DNA of 64,000 nucleotides from the NCBI GenBank assembly GCA_031370645.1, contig JANMQV010000071.1:1-64000 (forward strand), written 5' to 3'. Below, piece after piece: positions 47,330-56,900 of the stretch. The notes below the pieces were generated by a model. The model saw nothing but the letters and a program-made list of their open reading frames with translations, had not been told where the DNA came from and ran no database searches. Source of the DNA: Candidatus Eiseniibacteriota bacterium (lineage in GTDB: Bacteria; Eisenbacteria; RBG-16-71-46; SZUA-252). Made by a program: the position numbers and the translations under genes. Position 1 is the stretch's first letter. Every line of letters begins with the position of its first letter.

Positions 47330-49867
47330 GTGCGCCGCACTCTCCTCGTCCCGATCCTCGCCTTCTCGATCCTGACGGGTGCGGCAACTGTCGCCGGCAG
47401 GGAGGCCCTCGCCGCGCCGCCGATCTCCCGGAACGTCACCCTCCACGCGCATCTCACCGATTACCCCATCACTTCCGCCTGCACGGCATACGTTCACCCC
47501 GACGGGCGCGAATACGCCGTGGTCGGCACCGGCGAGGGGACCTCCATCGTCAACGTGACGAACCCCGACGCCTGCTACGAAGTCGGATTCATTCCCGGGC
47601 TGAGCAGTCAGTGGCGCGAGATGAAGTCGTACCGCCAGTGGATCTACATCACGACGGAGGCGCCCGGCGGCGGCATTCAGATCGTGCGCATGACCGACCC
47701 CGAGCATCCGGTTCTGGCGAAGATTTGGGCGGGTTCCTTCAATCGCGCCCACACGCTCGCGGTCGACACGACGCGCGCGCTCCTCATCGCAAACGGCACG
47801 CGCTTCGGCAACATCCAGATGGGGATGCGCATCCTCTCGATCGAGGATCCGGAGAATCCGGTGGAGATCAGCGCCTACGGAGACGACTACGTCCACGATT
47901 CGTGGGTGAGGAACGACACCCTCTACGCCCACTGCATCCAGAGCGGCATCGCGCGCGTTTTCGATCTGAGCGAGCCCTACCTTCCGCGCGAGATCACGGC
48001 CTGGGGTTATCCGAACGCCGCCACGCACAGCGGGGAGACATCCCGCGACGGGCGGTGGCTCTACATCTGCGACGAGCGGAATTACAGCACGCTGAAAGTC
48101 TTCGACATGGTGAGCCCCTACTTCCACGAATTGACCGAGGAGCGGACGGTGAATCCGCTCGCCATCGTCCACAACATCCACGTGAAGGCCGACACCGCAT
48201 TTGTCGCCTGGTACACGGAAGGGGTGCGCCTCTTCGACCTTGCGGAGCCTTCGTTGCCAACCGAGTGGGGGTGGTACGACACCTACGGCGGCTTCTCGGG
48301 TGGGTTCCACGGTGTGTGGGAGGTGGCCACGTTCCCATCGGGCACGTTCATCGCGAGCGACATCGGGGGGGGACTCTTCGTCTTTCGAGCCGACCCCGAC
48401 TACGGCACCGTGAAGCTCGCCGTCCACGACGGCGCGTTTCAGCCGATCGCCGGCGCCGATGTCGTCCGCGCGGGCGCCACGGTTGAGCCGGGCGGCTCGG
48501 GCGGCGGCGATTCCACCCGAACGCAGGCGCGCGGCTACGCCCGGATCGCGCTCGCGCCCGGAAACCACGAACTCGTCGTCTCCAAGTTCGGATTCACGAC
48601 GGCGCGTGTCGCCGTGAGCGTCTCGCGCGGCTCGCGCGGCTCGATCGATGTGACGCTCCTTCCGGCTCCGTCGTCGCCCGCCGGGGGGAGCGTCGAGCGC
48701 CTCGGGGACGGAACGCCACTCCCCGGCGCGACCCTCACCGCGGTGGGCACTCCGCTTCAGGCGCTCTCGGACGCGAACGGCGCTTACACGCTCGGCGCCG
48801 TTCCCGTGGGAAGTTATCGCTTCCAATGCCGGCACCCCGGCCATGCGCCGCTCGACCGGGATGGCGATGTGAGCGCGGGCGCCGACCGGGACGATCGGTG
48901 GGAACTCCTGCCGGCCGCGTGGTACGACTCGAGCGACACCGACCGCGGCTGGTCCTTCTTCACGACGGGCGACCACGCGGGGACCGGAATCTGGGAGCGC
49001 GGCCTTCCGAGAGGGACGTCGAATCCCAACTTGAGCGCTGTCGTGCCGCATGCGGCGCGCGAACCGCGGCTTGCGCCGAATCACGAAGGGGAAGCGGAGG
49101 GCGTCGACGCGCTCGCCGTCGGTCCCGTAGCACCTGGTTACGACGCGTCGCCCGAGGGGAGCGGCGCCTGCTTCGTCACCGGAAACGGCGCTACCGAGAA
49201 CGATGTTTCGGGCGACGACGTGGACGGCGGCCGGACGACGCTGACCTCGCCCTCGTTCGATCTCACCGCGATGGACGACCCCATGATCGGATTCGACCGT
49301 TGGTACTACATGAGCACCCCGGGCGAGCCCGATTCGTTTCTCGTCGAGGTGAGCGGGGATGGCGTCGGCTGGGTGACGGCTCGGACGATTCGGGAGAGCG
49401 ATCCCGCGTGGCGCTTCGACGTGATCCGCGTGAAGGATTTCGTGGCGCCGACGGTCGCCACCCGAATCCGGTTCGTCGCGCAGGACGAACTCCCCGGCGG
49501 TGTTGTCGAAGCGGCGATCGACAACGTCGCGATCTGGGACGGCTCGCTCGTCCCGTCGCCGATTCCGCCGTCGCCTCCGGTGCCGGCCGCTCCGGCGATG
49601 CTCGACGCCCCGCGGCCGAATCCGACGCGGGGCGGCTCCGCGGTGACGCTCCGCCTCTCCCGTCCGGCGCACGCGCGCGTGGTGGTCTACGACGTGGCCG
49701 GGCGGCTCGTGGCGACGCTCTGGAACGGACCGGCGCCGGCGGGCGCGCTTGGATTGACCTGGGACGGGCGCGACGCGCGGGGTGTGCGCTCGCGGAGCGG
49801 TGTTTATTGGGTGCGCGCCGAGGCGGCGGGAGCGAGGCTCCTTCGCCGTGTCGTCCAGGTACGGTAG
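47330..49867 (+). CDS. Choice-of-anchor-B/LVIVD-type secreted protein with carboxypeptidase-regulatory-like and FlgD-Ig-like domains
   Basis: GREYAVVG, WREMK.Y, HD/HN repeats, PNPT...YDVAGRLV...WDG...SGVYW. Confidence 0.78.
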   Translation: MRRTLLVPILAFSILTGAATVAGREALAAPPISRNVTLHAHLTDYPITSACTAYVHPDGREYAVVGTGEGTSIVNVTNPDACYEVGFIPGLSSQWREMKSYRQWIYITTEAPGGGIQIVRMTDPEHPVLAKIWAGSFNRAHTLAVDTTRALLIANGTRFGNIQMGMRILSIEDPENPVEISAYGDDYVHDSWVRNDTLYAHCIQSGIARVFDLSEPYLPREITAWGYPNAATHSGETSRDGRWLYICDERNYSTLKVFDMVSPYFHELTEERTVNPLAIVHNIHVKADTAFVAWYTEGVRLFDLAEPSLPTEWGWYDTYGGFSGGFHGVWEVATFPSGTFIASDIGGGLFVFRADPDYGTVKLAVHDGAFQPIAGADVVRAGATVEPGGSGGGDSTRTQARGYARIALAPGNHELVVSKFGFTTARVAVSVSRGSRGSIDVTLLPAPSSPAGGSVERLGDGTPLPGATLTAVGTPLQALSDANGAYTLGAVPVGSYRFQCRHPGHAPLDRDGDVSAGADRDDRWELLPAAWYDSSDTDRGWSFFTTGDHAGTGIWERGLPRGTSNPNLSAVVPHAAREPRLAPNHEGEAEGVDALAVGPVAPGYDASPEGSGACFVTGNGATENDVSGDDVDGGRTTLTSPSFDLTAMDDPMIGFDRWYYMSTPGEPDSFLVEVSGDGVGWVTARTIRESDPAWRFDVIRVKDFVAPTVATRIRFVAQDELPGGVVEAAIDNVAIWDGSLVPSPIPPSPPVPAAPAMLDAPRPNPTRGGSAVTLRLSRPAHARVVVYDVAGRLVATLWNGPAPAGALGLTWDGRDARGVRSRSGVYWVRAEAAGARLLRRVVQVR

Positions 49868-49885
49868 GCGGACGCTCGCGGGCGG

Positions 49886-50812
49886 CTAGAAGATCGAGAA
49901 CTTGAGATACTTCTTCGGGTTCTTCTCGATCTCGCCCATGAGCCGCTTCATCGACGCGACGAGGGCGGCGGTGTCGTCGTAGAGCGTCGAGTCCGCCATC
50001 AGCCGCCCCACGTTTCCGCGCCCCGACTCGATCACCGTCAGAACGGAATCGAGCCGCGTGCTCATCGACACGAGGCGGGCGTGGAGGTCGCCGTTCGTGA
50101 TCAACTGCGCGGCGGTTCCTTCTCCGTGTTGTAGCCGGTACGTCAGGCTGTCGAGCGATCCCGCCACCGAGAGCATCCGATCCGAGACCTTTGACTGTGT
50201 CTCCGTGAGCCGGAGCGTCAGCGTGTTCGCGTTCTTCGTCATCTCCACGATTGACTCGTAGAGCCGGTCGTCCTCGCTCAACCTTCCGAGCGTCCCGTTC
50301 CCGGCCGCGAGCCGGCGTCCCGCCCTGTTGAGCGAACCGAGCAGCATGGAAAGGCTGTCGGCCACCCCTTCGGCGCGCCCCATCAGCTGTTGCGGATCAC
50401 CGGCAATGTGCGTCGAGATCTCGTCGTCGCTCACGATCCGCGACTTCGACTCGTCGCCCGACTCGAGCGCCAGATAGAGATCGGCAAGGAAGCCGACGGT
50501 CGTCACGCGGGCCGTGGCGCCCTGGTGGAGCCGCGCGCGCGTACCCTTCTTCACGCCGAGCACGACCACCACCTCGTTCGTCTCCTTCTGGAGTTGAATC
50601 GTTCGCACCGTTCCGACCGGGACGCCGTTCAAGCGCACCGTGCTCCCGACTTCGAGCCCCGCGGAACTCTTGAAGCGGAGCGAGATGTTTTCCTCCGGAC
50701 CGAGCCGGAAGGCGCCCGATTGAAACGTGGCCCAGAGGAGGAGCGCCATGGCGACGAGGGCCGCCAGGCCGATCTGCAGCTTCATGAACGGGACGCGCCC
50801 CGTACGCTTCAC
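49886..50812 (-). CDS. mlaD: MlaD/MCE-domain protein with long helical extension
   Basis: N-terminal TM, GLEVGSTVRLNGVPVGTV, repeated GxGTLGRL, NPKKY. Confidence 0.85.
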   Translation of the reverse strand: MKRTGRVPFMKLQIGLAALVAMALLLWATFQSGAFRLGPEENISLRFKSSAGLEVGSTVRLNGVPVGTVRTIQLQKETNEVVVVLGVKKGTRARLHQGATARVTTVGFLADLYLALESGDESKSRIVSDDEISTHIAGDPQQLMGRAEGVADSLSMLLGSLNRAGRRLAAGNGTLGRLSEDDRLYESIVEMTKNANTLTLRLTETQSKVSDRMLSVAGSLDSLTYRLQHGEGTAAQLITNGDLHARLVSMSTRLDSVLTVIESGRGNVGRLMADSTLYDDTAALVASMKRLMGEIEKNPKKYLKFSIF

Positions 50813-51630
50813 GCCCTACCTCCTTCAGGGGGAGATGCCGGAGGCGCTCCCGGAAGGCCCGGGACCGCCTGAAACTGTCGCTGCGCCGCTCCGATCGCCT
50901 TCCGGAAGGGCGCCAAGAAATCGTTGATGAAGGGCGTTCGGGCGTGCGCCATCTCGGCCGAGGTGCCGTCGAAGACGACGCGGCCCCGCTCGAGGAGGGT
51001 CACGCTGTCCGCGACCTTGAACGCGTCGGCGATGTCGTGCGTCACCATGATGGCCGTCTTCCCCAGAGTATCCCGCAGGTGGACGATCAGGTCCGAAATT
51101 CGTTCGGCGCTCTGCGGGTCGAGCCCTGTGGTCGGTTCGTCGTAGAGAAGGACGATGGGATCCCGCGCCGCCAGCGCGCGCGCGATCGCCACGCGTCGCT
51201 GCATTCCTCCCGAGAGCTGGTCGGGCATCCGGTCGATCAGGTTCGGATCGAGTCCCACGAGATCCAGGAAGTTCCGCACCGTCGCCTCCACGTCTCGCTC
51301 CTCGTCGCCGTTCGCCTCGAGAAGCGCATAGCCGACATTCTCGCCCACCGTCATCGAATCGAACAGGGCCCCTTGCTGAAACACCATCCCCATGCGGGCC
51401 CGAATTTCACGGAGCCGCTCCGGGGTGACCTGCGTGAGATCTTCGCCATCGAAGAAGATCGAGCCGCGGTCGGGCTGATAGAGCCCCAGGAGGAGCCGGA
51501 GGATCGTGCTCTTTCCGGAGCCGGAGGGACCGAGGATCACGGTCGTCTTCCCGCGCGGCACCCGGAAGGAGACGCCGTAGAGTATCGGATTCCCTTCGAT
51601 GGAGAAGTCGACGTCGCGGAATTCGATCAT
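50809..51630 (-). CDS. mlaF: MlaF-type ABC ATPase
   Basis: GPSGSGKS, MVFQQGALFDSMTVGENV, LSGGMQRR, YDEPTTGLDP. Confidence 0.9.
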   Translation of the reverse strand: MIEFRDVDFSIEGNPILYGVSFRVPRGKTTVILGPSGSGKSTILRLLLGLYQPDRGSIFFDGEDLTQVTPERLREIRARMGMVFQQGALFDSMTVGENVGYALLEANGDEERDVEATVRNFLDLVGLDPNLIDRMPDQLSGGMQRRVAIARALAARDPIVLLYDEPTTGLDPQSAERISDLIVHLRDTLGKTAIMVTHDIADAFKVADSVTLLERGRVVFDGTSAEMAHARTPFINDFLAPFRKAIGAAQRQFQAVPGLPGAPPASPPEGGRA

Positions 51631-51634
51631 CGGC

Positions 51635-52414
51635 TCACCATCCCAAAATCCGGAAGAGCACTCGGGTGCAGACGACATCGGTCACGAGGATGCCGACCGA
51701 TGCGATGACGACCGATTCGGTGGTGGCCACCCCGACACCTTTCGCGCCACCCTCGGAACGGAACCCCTTCCAGCACGACGTCGTGACAATGAGGACGGCG
51801 AAGATGAAGGGTTTCAGCATCCCGACCAGCACGTTTTTCGGCGTCAGGTACTGCATGGCGCCGATCCAGTAGGACTCCCACGAGAGATGATACTGGAGGC
51901 CCACGAAGGCGCCGCCGATCACCGCGAGCGCGTCGCTCAAGACGGTCAGGATGGGAAGCGCGATCAGGAGCGCGATCGTCCGCGGCACGACGAGACGGCG
52001 GATCGGGTCGGTGCCGAAGGCGACGAGCGCGTCGATCTGGTCGCTCGAGCGCATGGCGCCCAGTTCGGCCGTGATGCCGGCCGACATGCGGGACGCGACG
52101 ACCATCCCCGTCAGCACGGGGCCGAGCGCGCGGACCACCGAGATCACCATGAAATGTCCCAGCTGACTCTTGGCGCCGGAATTCGAGAGCTCGCGCGCCA
52201 ACTGAATGGCCAAGGCCTGTCCCGCGACGATGGCGGAGATGAGGACGATCGTAAGGGAGCCGATCAACGCGAAGTGGAGTTGGTGCATCGTCTCCCGGGC
52301 GTAAAAGGGCCGTCCCAGGCAACTGCGAAGGGTCTCGATGGTGAAGAGCGTGTAGTCCTGAACGGTCTCGACGATGCGGCGAAACCACTCGAGGGGCGCA
52401 AACGTCACCGGCAC
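51635..52414 (-). CDS. mlaE: MlaE-type permease
   Basis: LGPVLT, AELGAM..DQIDAL..G.DP...LVVPR, GGAKGVG.ATT. Confidence 0.9.
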   Translation of the reverse strand: MPVTFAPLEWFRRIVETVQDYTLFTIETLRSCLGRPFYARETMHQLHFALIGSLTIVLISAIVAGQALAIQLARELSNSGAKSQLGHFMVISVVRALGPVLTGMVVASRMSAGITAELGAMRSSDQIDALVAFGTDPIRRLVVPRTIALLIALPILTVLSDALAVIGGAFVGLQYHLSWESYWIGAMQYLTPKNVLVGMLKPFIFAVLIVTTSCWKGFRSEGGAKGVGVATTESVVIASVGILVTDVVCTRVLFRILGW

Positions 52415-52457
52415 GGCACCATCCTTCGATCTGGAGGCGCCGCGCGGCGCGGCGGCC

Positions 52458-53123
52458 TCAGCCCCGTCTTGTGTCCTTGGGGAGGGTCCCGAAGATGACG
52501 TCCCAGAGCGGGGAGCTCACGCCGAAGCGATCGTCCGGGGTTTTGAAATGATGGAGCAGATGATACCGCTTGAGGTACTTGAGCGCCCCCTGATTCATGG
52601 GGAGGTGGTGCTCAGCGTAATGGAGCATGTCATAGAGGAGATAGCCGGTGACGAACCCCGCGTAGAGCGGTGCCACCCAGTGGGGCCGGGCGAGTGCCAT
52701 GCCGACCGCGAAAGTGAAGAAGGCGTAGAAGCCGAGCGCGAGCGGAATGCTCAGGATTGGGGGCATGACGAGTCGCGTCTTGCACTGCGGCTGCTCGTGG
52801 TGGACGCCGTGGATCAAGAACCAGACTCGCTGCAGGAATTTCCCTCTCGGCTCGTAGTGGAAGACGTAGCGATGCATCACGTACTCGGTCAGCGTCCAGA
52901 CGACGATGCCGGTCCCGAAAACGAGCGTGAGCGCCCCGAGTCCGCCCCACGCGCCGAGGTTTTCGAACCCCCGGTCGAGGAAGAAGAGGACGACCGGCAC
53001 GAACAGCACGAGCACCGTCACCGGGTGAATGTGCGTAAAGAACTCGAGGAAGTCGGACTTGAAGAGGCGAATCGGTTCTTCGTCATGGCGTACCGTGGGC
53101 GGCGCGAGATGGGCGCGAGACAT
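52458..53123 (-). CDS. Fatty acid hydroxylase (FA2H/Scs7-like, sterol desaturase superfamily)
   Basis: His boxes HRYVFH, HGVHH, HYAEHH, HLLHH; RLVMPP; FGVSSPLWD.IFGT. Confidence 0.88.
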   Translation of the reverse strand: MSRAHLAPPTVRHDEEPIRLFKSDFLEFFTHIHPVTVLVLFVPVVLFFLDRGFENLGAWGGLGALTLVFGTGIVVWTLTEYVMHRYVFHYEPRGKFLQRVWFLIHGVHHEQPQCKTRLVMPPILSIPLALGFYAFFTFAVGMALARPHWVAPLYAGFVTGYLLYDMLHYAEHHLPMNQGALKYLKRYHLLHHFKTPDDRFGVSSPLWDVIFGTLPKDTRRG

Positions 53124-53189
53124 GGGGAACGATTCCTCCTAGTGACGGCTCTTTGAACCCCTCCCTGGTGCGGTAGAGCCTGGGTCGGA

Positions 53190-53218
53190 ATGATAGGGGC
53201 CGACCCCCGCGCGGTCAA
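53190..53218 (-). promoter_or_regulatory. sigma70 promoter of the hydroxylase-mlaEFD operon
   Basis: TTGACC-17nt-TATCAT. Confidence 0.65.
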
Positions 53219-53279
53219 CCGGCGCGGACCCCCGGAACGGCCCCTGACGCCGCGCGCCTGAAACGGCTATCATCTAGCC

Positions 53280-53966
53280 ATGCCATCGCTTCCGTCGTTT
53301 CGAGTGAATGAGGTCTTTCTCTCCGTTCAGGGGGAGGGGCTTCACGTCGGGGAACGGACCGCGTTTCTACGATTCTACGGCTGCCCGCTCCGCTGCCGCT
53401 GGTGCGATCAGCCGGAGGCGCTGGCGCACACCGGGGTCGGCCGATTCGAGACGCTCTCCGCGGAGGACGTCCGCGACAGGCTCGCTGAATTCCCGGACGT
53501 TCGGAGGCTCTGCCTCACCGGTGGGGAGCCGGTCATCGCCCCGAAGGCGTCGCTCCTCTGGCTCCTCGAGGATCGCCGGCGCGCGGGATGGTGGTCTTCC
53601 ATCGAGACGAGCGGCTCGCGCGTGGTGGAGGAGCTCTTTGACGCGATCGATTTTTGGACTGTCGCTCCGAAAGGGCGCTCCGCCGCGACATTCGACGGCG
53701 ACCCCGTCGAGGCGCAGCTTCCGAGCCTCCGGCGATATGCCTCCCTTCCGGAAGCACGGCGTCAGTTCAAGTTCGTGATTCAAGGCGAGGAGGACGTGGA
53801 GGACGCGGTGCGCCTTCTCGACGGACTCGCCTATCGAGGCACGGTGATCCTCCAGCCGGAGCATGGCTCCGGCGACGGGCGGCAGGTCTTCGCGTGGTGG
53901 CCGTGGGATCGCTACCCCGAGGCGCGCCTCATTCCCCAGACACACAAACAGGTGGGGCTCCATTGA
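53280..53966 (+). CDS. queE: 7-carboxy-7-deazaguanine synthase (radical SAM)
   Basis: EVFLSVQGEG, CPLRCRWCD, TGGEP, QTHK. Confidence 0.88.
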   Translation: MPSLPSFRVNEVFLSVQGEGLHVGERTAFLRFYGCPLRCRWCDQPEALAHTGVGRFETLSAEDVRDRLAEFPDVRRLCLTGGEPVIAPKASLLWLLEDRRRAGWWSSIETSGSRVVEELFDAIDFWTVAPKGRSAATFDGDPVEAQLPSLRRYASLPEARRQFKFVIQGEEDVEDAVRLLDGLAYRGTVILQPEHGSGDGRQVFAWWPWDRYPEARLIPQTHKQVGLH

Positions 53967-54000
53967 CGCCGCGCGGCGCCGGCACCCCGAGCGAGGAGCA

Positions 54001-54363
54001 ATGAAGGTTCGGCTGACACGCGAATTCGGATTCGAGGCAGCGCACCATCTTCCGCGGGCGCCGGAGGGGCACAAGTGCCGTCGCCTCCATGGCCACTCCT
54101 TCCGCGTGGAAATCGCCGTGGAGGGAGAGGTCGATCCGAAGACGGGGTGGTTCCTCGACTACGGGGTCATTCGCGAGGCGCTGGAGCCGATCCGCCTTCA
54201 ACTCGACCACTACTGCCTGAATGATGTCGCGGGGTTGGAGAATCCCACGTCCGAGCATGTGGCGCGCTGGATCTGGGAACGGTTGAAGCCTGGACTCCCC
54301 TCGCTGTCCCGCATCACCGTCCACGAGACATGCGAGAGCCGGTGCGAGTACGAGGGAGCTTGA
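54001..54363 (+). CDS. queD: 6-carboxytetrahydropterin synthase
   Basis: FEAAH, KCRRLHGHSF, LENPTSE, VHET. Confidence 0.92.
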   Translation: MKVRLTREFGFEAAHHLPRAPEGHKCRRLHGHSFRVEIAVEGEVDPKTGWFLDYGVIREALEPIRLQLDHYCLNDVAGLENPTSEHVARWIWERLKPGLPSLSRITVHETCESRCEYEGA

Positions 54364-54373
54364 GGAGGGGGAC

Positions 54374-54715
54374 ATGAGAGCCACCGTTGCCGAGGCACTG
54401 GAGCGAATCCCGACCGCCGACGGGAAGCGCTTCGCGAACATCTTCTCACACGGAACGCTGCAGGTGGAATTCTACGCGCCGCGCGGCGACGATCCCCAGA
54501 AGCCGCACACGCGTGACGAGGTCTATGTTGTGATCTCGGGGAGCGGCAAGTTCATGAACGGCGGCTCTCGCCGCCCGTTCGGTCCCGGAGATTTTCTCTT
54601 CGCCCCCGCGGGGGTCGAACATCGCTTCGAGGAATTCACCGACGACCTGGCGGTCTGGGTGATCTTTTACGGACCCGAAGGGGGCGAGGCCCGCTTGTCT
54701 GGCCCCACCCCCTGA
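54374..54715 (+). CDS. Cupin domain protein
   Basis: PHTRDEVYVVISG...PAGVEHRF. Confidence 0.85.
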   Translation: MRATVAEALERIPTADGKRFANIFSHGTLQVEFYAPRGDDPQKPHTRDEVYVVISGSGKFMNGGSRRPFGPGDFLFAPAGVEHRFEEFTDDLAVWVIFYGPEGGEARLSGPTP

Positions 54716-54750
54716 TCGGGTTTCTTTCGCGGAGAGTCCCGCTACCGACG

Positions 54751-55338
54751 TTACGGAGTCTTCGGCAAATTCTGCGCGTCCCACGCCGGCGCCGGCGGGA
54801 AGGTGACCCGCGACGCGTTGACCGTCGTGCCCGGCGGGATCCGATCGGGCGCCTTGTGGACGATCGGCGGCAGGCTCTTGAGGAACGCCGCGAGCGCGTG
54901 GGCGTCGTCATCGCTCAGGTGCGAGTACATCGGCCACGGCATCGGCGGCATGATGGGAGTGTGGTCGGGCCGGATTCCCGTCCGGATCGCCGTCACGATA
55001 TCGTCCTCGCTCCACGATCCGATGCCGGTCTCCATGTCGGGCGTGAGGTTTCGCGGGAAGCTGACGCCCCACGGACCTTCCCAGCCGAGTTCGCTCCCGG
55101 AGAGCATGCGGGTCGTGTCGGGAGCGCCGTAGAGGCCGCCGGGGGAGTGGCAGTCGTGGCACGCGGACGTGTAGGAGATTACCCTTCCGCGGGCGATCTT
55201 CTCCTCCGGCGTCACCTCCGCCTTCATCGTCGCCGGGTCCTTCGCGCACCCGATCGCCATCACCGCCGCGAGCGCCGATGCGATGGCGATGAACCACCGC
55301 GTCGCTCCGCCGCTAACATCCTGCCGTTTTCCCGCCAT
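54751..55338 (-). CDS. c-type cytochrome lipoprotein
   Basis: CHDCH heme motif, NLTPD..TGIG.WS, PPMPW; AIGC lipobox; AGGAG RBS. Confidence 0.85.
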   Translation of the reverse strand: MAGKRQDVSGGATRWFIAIASALAAVMAIGCAKDPATMKAEVTPEEKIARGRVISYTSACHDCHSPGGLYGAPDTTRMLSGSELGWEGPWGVSFPRNLTPDMETGIGSWSEDDIVTAIRTGIRPDHTPIMPPMPWPMYSHLSDDDAHALAAFLKSLPPIVHKAPDRIPPGTTVNASRVTFPPAPAWDAQNLPKTP

Positions 55339-55493
55339 TTGGTGTCTCCTGTTCCGATTCAGTTCGAACCGCCTACCGTCGAATGTAGTACCGCGCCACC
55401 GGTTCGGCGCCCGTGTCACGATCAGGGAGGGAATCTAGCCGACGGAGCCGATTTCATCCAGCGCCGACGTGGGGAGAGGGGATTCGAGGGGGA

Positions 55494-56900
55494 TTAGCTG
55501 CTTCGGAGAATGCGCTCAGCCGTCTTTTCGGCGTCTTCGAGGAGATTGCCGACCGAGACACCCCGAAATCCGTTCCCGGTGAGGTGAAGTCCGGGGGCGG
55601 TGTCGAGCCGCTTCGCGATCCGGCCGATGAGCGCGCGGTGTCCCACCTGATATTGCGGAATGGCGTCCTCCTGCCGAATGATCCACGTTCGCTCCGGCCC
55701 GCGATGCAATCCCACCATGCGATCGAGCGCCTTCATGGCGAGCGCCACGAGCTCGTCGTCGCGCCGTGTCACGAGGTCGGGGCGCTCGGCGCCTCCCATC
55801 ATCACGCGCACGAGGACGTGCCCCTCCGGGGCGCGATCGGGGAAGAGGTTCGACTCGAAGAGCGCGCCGAGGATGTTCAAGTCGTCACCCGGCCCGGGCG
55901 AGGCGAGGAAGCCGTAGCCGTCAGGGGTACCGCGAAAGGCGTCCCGCTGGAAACCGAGGCCGATGACGTTCAGCCCCGCCGACGGAATCGACTCGAGATC
56001 GCGCGCCGACTCTGCGTCGATGGATCGAAGGAGCGAGGCGCTCGTGCGGGGCGCGGTGCTCAAGACGACGGCGTCGGCCTCAAGCGATTCACCGCTCGCG
56101 AGCCGAAGCGTGAATCCGCCCCCTTCGCGCCGCGCGAGCGAGAGCGCGGGGGAGCGGAGTCGAAGCGACGCGCCGAGCGGTTTCGCGAGCGCATCGACGA
56201 ACGACTCCATCCCTTCCCGAAGCGTCCAGAGGCTTCGCCGTCCCGGCCCGGAGGCGGCCCCCATTCCAGGGGCCATCTTCCCGCGGGAACGCGCCTCTCT
56301 TCCCGCCGCGACCATCGCGAATACGAGCGAGCGATGCTTCCGCTCCATCTCGCGCATGATCGGGAAAGCCGAATCGAGCGAAAGCCGCCGCGCGTCGCCC
56401 GCGAAGACGCCGCGAACGACGCTCCCGATCAGGGCAACCGCCGCCTCCTCGCCGATGTGCCGCACCGCGTAGTCGTGGACCGTCTCGTCGCGCGAAACGC
56501 GGCGGGCGTAGAACGGTTCCAGGAGCACGCGGAGGCGCCCGCCGGGGGAGAGGCCGCCGAACCGGAGAAAAGAGATCGGATCGAGCGGGACCAGGTGGAG
56601 CCGTCCATGTCGCGCGATGTAGCGGCGCGCCGCGTCGGGCTTAGCGAGCAGCCGCTCTTTCGCGAGGCCTACTTCCTCGGCCATGCGCCACGCGGCGCCA
56701 TCGGCTCCTTGAATCGCGTTCGCGGCCCACTCGATCGTCCACCCGCCTTCGCGCGTCGTCCGGATTCGCCCGCCCGCGCGAGGACCGGCTTCGAGGAGTT
56801 GGAGATCGAGTGGGATCGACTGGCGGGCGGCGTCCCGCCGGAGAGCGTGCGCGGTCGCGAGGCCGGCAATGCCGGCGCCCACGATCACCACGCGGCGCAT
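55494..56900 (-). CDS. hemY: Protoporphyrinogen/coproporphyrinogen oxidase, HemY type
   Basis: VIVGAGIAGL FAD motif, GGRIRT, GVFAGD, AIPQYQVGH; true start overlaps the hemH stop. Confidence 0.9.
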   Translation of the reverse strand: MRRVVIVGAGIAGLATAHALRRDAARQSIPLDLQLLEAGPRAGGRIRTTREGGWTIEWAANAIQGADGAAWRMAEEVGLAKERLLAKPDAARRYIARHGRLHLVPLDPISFLRFGGLSPGGRLRVLLEPFYARRVSRDETVHDYAVRHIGEEAAVALIGSVVRGVFAGDARRLSLDSAFPIMREMERKHRSLVFAMVAAGREARSRGKMAPGMGAASGPGRRSLWTLREGMESFVDALAKPLGASLRLRSPALSLARREGGGFTLRLASGESLEADAVVLSTAPRTSASLLRSIDAESARDLESIPSAGLNVIGLGFQRDAFRGTPDGYGFLASPGPGDDLNILGALFESNLFPDRAPEGHVLVRVMMGGAERPDLVTRRDDELVALAMKALDRMVGLHRGPERTWIIRQEDAIPQYQVGHRALIGRIAKRLDTAPGLHLTGNGFRGVSVGNLLEDAEKTAERILRSS

